DNA of 16,339 nt. Source: Promethearchaeota archaeon. Its GTDB lineage: Archaea; Asgardarchaeota; Thorarchaeia; Thorarchaeales; Thorarchaeaceae. Location: assembly GCA_027031765.1 (NCBI GenBank), contig JALVPN010000115.1:18261-34599 (forward strand), read 5' to 3'. Position numbers and translations under genes: made by a program. Below the pieces are notes generated by a model, which did no database searches, was not told where the DNA came from, and saw only the letters and a list, made by a program, of their open reading frames with translations. Of the stretch, positions 12,936 to 16,339 are shown piece by piece (positions within the stretch are counted from its first letter, which is position 1; the number at the start of each line of letters is the position of its first letter).

Positions 12936-14951
12936 TTGATAGTCCTTGAGGGCGCCGACCTGCGACTCAACCGTGCTGTGACCTTCGAGTGGCTGTACAC
13001 CAACGGCCTCGGGGGTTACGCCTCCTCCACGGTGGTGGGCCTGAACACGCGTGGCTACCATGGCCTGCTGGTCTGCTCCATGAGCCCCCCGGTGGACAGG
13101 TGGCTGATGCTATCGAGGCTCGACGAGGCGCTTGCCACAAGTGAGGGCGAGGTGAACTTCTCCACCGAACAGACCCGCAAAGGTGTTGTGAGCCGCGGCT
13201 ACCGTCTGATCCGCAGGTTCGAGCTTGGCCCCCTGCCCGAGATGACCTATGCAGCGCCCGGCATCACGATTGCAAAGACCGTCTTCATGGCCTACCGGCG
13301 GAACCTCACAGTGGTCAACTATGAGGTGTCCAACGAGGAGGAAACAGTGTTCACGGTGACCCCACTCCAGACGTGTCGTGAGGTGCACAGGCGCCCCGTA
13401 CAGCTGGACTTCACCCCTGAGGTGGACGTCATAGACGACCACTCGTACGTTGCCTATGACGACCGCCAGAACTCACCGGTGATGTACTGTTACACTCCGG
13501 ATGCCGACTTCGCACCGGCCAAGATCCGTGCTACGGACGTGCAGGTCTACCGCAAGGAGAAGTCCCTTGGGCTGCCGCACGAGGAGCAGTTGTACATCCC
13601 AGGGGTGTTCCACACGGTGCTCGAGCCCGGTCAGCACTACCTGTCGTTCCTGTTCGCGGTGGGCACCTCGCAGAAGGAGCTCGTGCGTGAGCTCGGGCCG
13701 CTGGCCAGGGCCAAGCGGAGGGACTTTGCGCGTCTGCGGTTCGAGGAGCTGCGCCGACGGAAGGTCCTCAACGACCGGGCGTACAGGGACAGCGGCAAGA
13801 CGCGAGACGAGGACATCGAATGGCTCGTCTACAACGCGGACACCTTCATTGTCGACCGCGCGTCCACCGGCATGCGCTCCATTATCGCCGGCTATCACGA
13901 GCTGGTCGACATTGGCCTCGATGCCATGATTGCGCTACCAGGCCTGACACTTGCTCTCGGGCGGTACCAGGACGCACGCGCAATCCTGCTGACCTATGCC
14001 CGTCACGCAAGGTATGGCATGGTCCCGAACGACTTCCCAGACCGTGGCATCCAGCCAGAGTACGACAGTGTGGACGCCTCACTGTGGTTCATCCTCGGCG
14101 TGTACAGGTATGTGGATGCGACACGTGACACCGAGTTCCTCCGTGGCATCATCTGGGACACCATGGTCTCGATAGTCGAGGCCTACCGTATGGGCACCAA
14201 GTTCAACATCCATGAGGACCACGACGGCCTGATCTTTGCCGGCATGGATGGTGTTGAGGTGTCATGGATGAACGAGCGGGTCGACAACTGGGTCGCCACA
14301 CCAAGGGTCGGCAAGTGTGTTGAAACCAATGCACTCTGGTACAACGCACTGCGGGCAATGGGTGAGATGTCGGAGCTCATCGGCCGTGACCCATACGAGT
14401 ACCAAGCGGTGGCCGAGTGGATCCGTGAGGCATTCGTGCAGACCTTCTACGACGAGGGCCGGGGCTACCTCTACGACGTCGTGACCGACGACGGGGTGGA
14501 CGCCTCAATAAGGCCCAACCAGATCTTTGCAATCGGCCTCCCCTTCCCGCTCCTCAGGGGGGCGGAGGCACTGTCGGTACTGGATGTCGTTACAGAGCAC
14601 CTACTCACACCCTTCGGCCTCAGGACCCTGTCGCCGAAGGACCGGCGGTTCGTCCGGGCGTGTTCTGGTGGCCCACGCGCCCGCGCTGCGGCTGTTCACC
14701 AGGGGACGGTCCACCCATGGCTCATTGGCCCCTTTACGTCCGCCTTCTTGAACGTCAATGGCCGCACCCCTGAGAACAGACGGTATGCTGAAGAACACTT
14801 CTTCCGTCCCGTCCTCCGTGCTGTGAGAAAGGGATGTCTGGGCACGGTCTCGGACATGTTCGACGGTTCGAAGCCTCACCGTGACCGGGGGTGTGTCTCA
14901 CGGGCACGCAATGTGGCCGAGCTGCTCCGTGTCTACTTTGAGGAGCTGTGA
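12936..14951 (+). CDS. Archaeal-type glycogen debranching enzyme family (GDE_N plus amylo-alpha-1,6-glucosidase barrel), about 671 aa, with altered motifs
   Basis: EWLYTNGLGGYASST, TRGYHGLL, IIAGY, GMVPNDFPD, YDSVDASLWF, PRVGKCVETNALWYNAL, IRPNQ, GLRTL and HQGTV. Start placed at TTG 12936 with GAGGTG about 10 nt upstream; the ORF-track extension to 12798 looks non-coding. Confidence 0.9.
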   Translation: MIVLEGADLRLNRAVTFEWLYTNGLGGYASSTVVGLNTRGYHGLLVCSMSPPVDRWLMLSRLDEALATSEGEVNFSTEQTRKGVVSRGYRLIRRFELGPLPEMTYAAPGITIAKTVFMAYRRNLTVVNYEVSNEEETVFTVTPLQTCREVHRRPVQLDFTPEVDVIDDHSYVAYDDRQNSPVMYCYTPDADFAPAKIRATDVQVYRKEKSLGLPHEEQLYIPGVFHTVLEPGQHYLSFLFAVGTSQKELVRELGPLARAKRRDFARLRFEELRRRKVLNDRAYRDSGKTRDEDIEWLVYNADTFIVDRASTGMRSIIAGYHELVDIGLDAMIALPGLTLALGRYQDARAILLTYARHARYGMVPNDFPDRGIQPEYDSVDASLWFILGVYRYVDATRDTEFLRGIIWDTMVSIVEAYRMGTKFNIHEDHDGLIFAGMDGVEVSWMNERVDNWVATPRVGKCVETNALWYNALRAMGEMSELIGRDPYEYQAVAEWIREAFVQTFYDEGRGYLYDVVTDDGVDASIRPNQIFAIGLPFPLLRGAEALSVLDVVTEHLLTPFGLRTLSPKDRRFVRACSGGPRARAAAVHQGTVHPWLIGPFTSAFLNVNGRTPENRRYAEEHFFRPVLRAVRKGCLGTVSDMFDGSKPHRDRGCVSRARNVAELLRVYFEEL

Positions 14952-14963
14952 GCCAACACGGGG

Positions 14964-15491
14964 GTGGCGAGTGTGGACAGGAACATCCTCCTCACCGGTC
15001 GGCCGGGAGTCGGGAAGACAACTGTCATCCGTCGTGTGGTCGGGCTCCTGGGCCGGGACAGGGTGGGGGGCTTCTGGTCCTCCGAGCTCCGCGAGTCCGG
15101 CAGACGCGTGGGCTTCACCATAGAGACCGTGGACGGACGCACCGGGGTCCTTGCACACTGTTCCCTGTCCTCAGGCCCCAGGGTCGGCCGCTATCGTGTC
15201 AACGTGCACGACATTGATGCCATTGCTGTGCCGGCACTCGTCGCTGCGAGGGCGTCCGGCAGAGTGATAGTCGTGGACGAGATTGCAGCCATGGAGCTGT
15301 TCTCACAGGCCTTCGTGGAGGAGCTGATGCGGTGTCTGGACACACGGCGCGTTCTCGGCACACTACAGATGAAGACGCGCCCACTGCTCAACAGTATCCG
15401 TGGCCGCGATGATGTGCTCCTGATAACGGTCACCGAGGCCAACCGCGACGCCCTGCCTGCACGTCTCGTGTCGATGGTCGGTGCTGACTAG
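14964..15491 (+). CDS. Nucleoside-triphosphatase, THEP1/NTPase_1 family
   Basis: Walker A GRPGVGKTT, GGFWSSELRESGRRVGF, VGRYRVNV and Walker B VIVVDEIAAMEL. It begins 12 nt after the upstream stop, so the two genes are probably co-transcribed. Confidence 0.92.
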   Translation: MASVDRNILLTGRPGVGKTTVIRRVVGLLGRDRVGGFWSSELRESGRRVGFTIETVDGRTGVLAHCSLSSGPRVGRYRVNVHDIDAIAVPALVAARASGRVIVVDEIAAMELFSQAFVEELMRCLDTRRVLGTLQMKTRPLLNSIRGRDDVLLITVTEANRDALPARLVSMVGAD

Positions 15492-15642
15492 ACCTTGTTG
15501 GTGTGCAGTGTTGTCCTGCAGGTCGTGACGTTGGGACCCCCATGTGGGACGGTTAGGCTGCACAGAGGAGGAGCTACCGCACGGCTCCTGCGTCCTCTGG
15601 CCCGTGAGATCCGCCGTCCGCCACGTCCCACTGTCAGTCGTC

Positions 15643-16339
15643 CTATTTCCGGCGCGTCCTTGTGCGGAAATAGATTGCAGCAATTGTGACGGTTGACAGG
15701 CCACCGAGGGCCAGGAGTGTGACCCACACGGGGAGCGGGGTGGGCTCACGCACCATCGTCGCTATCGTGCAGTTCATCCACCCTGTGACCTCTGTGTTCC
15801 TTGCTGACGAGTTGTCAGTGGCCACGATGCGATAGAAGATGGTCGTGCCCACGCTGAACTCGCCGAGCCCCTTGACGTAGAGCCCTTCAGCGAACTCCCT
15901 CATCGGTGCTGACTCCACCGTTTCGTTCCCCTGCACACGCCACTCAACAGTGACGTTCAGGACGCCATTGAGGTCCCAGACCTGCGCCTGGACCTGGAGC
16001 ACCGCCGTAGTGGGTGTGGCGTGTGCCTGGATGGGCATGACAGATCTGACAAGTGGCCTGTGGGCGTCCGGGGTGACGTTCACGAGCACAATGCTGAGCG
16101 ACGACTGGTTGAAGAAGTCATTGAGTAGCAGCCAGTACCTGTGGAGTCCTGGTGTGAGCCCGTCGGCGTCTTGAGTGATGTTCTCGCCGTGCCAGACCCC
16201 GCTGCGGAGCTTCTCGCTGTCCAGAACGAGGGTGTAGTTGCGCGGGTTGCTCTCTTCTGCCGTCCACACAAGGGAGTGGCCCGTGTAGCCCTCCTCGTAC
16301 GTCAGGTCGTCGGGGGCCGATATCACGGGTGCCCTCTGG
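15643..16339 (-). CDS. 3' part of a secreted, membrane-anchored protein with Ig-like repeats (5' end outside the window)
   Basis: Frame open to the window end. APDDLTYEEGYTGHSLVW...NP...GVW...DGLTPG repeat unit, a second beta-rich domain (VQAQVWDLNGVLNVTV...IFYRIVATD), 8 sequons in the visible part, and a C-terminal TM helix followed by RTRTRRK. Confidence 0.88.
   Translation of the reverse strand, partial: QRAPVISAPDDLTYEEGYTGHSLVWTAEESNPRNYTLVLDSEKLRSGVWHGENITQDADGLTPGLHRYWLLLNDFFNQSSLSIVLVNVTPDAHRPLVRSVMPIQAHATPTTAVLQVQAQVWDLNGVLNVTVEWRVQGNETVESAPMREFAEGLYVKGLGEFSVGTTIFYRIVATDNSSARNTEVTGWMNCTIATMVREPTPLPVWVTLLALGGLSTVTIAAIYFRTRTRRK

Noticed and set aside
1-16339. tRNA, rRNA, IS elements, integrase or CRISPR features
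   Set aside because: No cloverleaf or TTCGA-arm context in intergenic DNA, no transposase/integrase motifs, no terminal inverted repeats with target duplications, and no repeat-spacer array were recognised by eye; tRNAscan-SE, Infernal and ISEScan would settle this.

Overview
GC-rich archaeal chromosomal window, most likely from an Asgard archaeon (Thorarchaeota-like). This is inferred from heavily N-glycosylated secreted proteins with C-terminal TM anchors, a PDDLTYEEG-type Ig-like repeat, GAGGTG/GGAGG Shine-Dalgarno sites and short TATA-like boxes; no database search was run. Gene order: RG/GY-rich C-terminal tail of an upstream gene; trmO (tsaA); eutA with no eutBC in the window; 116-aa hypothetical; 100-aa putative single-domain gelsolin-like protein; C4HC3 (PHD/RING-variant) finger plus zinc-ribbon protein; histidine-phosphatase-fold protein lacking catalytic arginines; 1212-aa surface glycoprotein; collapsed copA-type P1B-ATPase pseudogene; MBL-fold hydrolase; ferredoxin-FrhB (FpoF-like) protein; MFS transporter pseudogene; glycogen-debranching-family (amylo-alpha-1,6-glucosidase) protein with altered active-site motifs; THEP1-type NTPase; and the 3' part of another anchored secreted protein. 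No rRNA, tRNA, CRISPR array or mobile element was recognised. The best leads are the adjacent eukaryote-like pair (gelsolin-like and PHD/RING-like), the orphan EutA, and two enzyme folds with eroded catalytic motifs.
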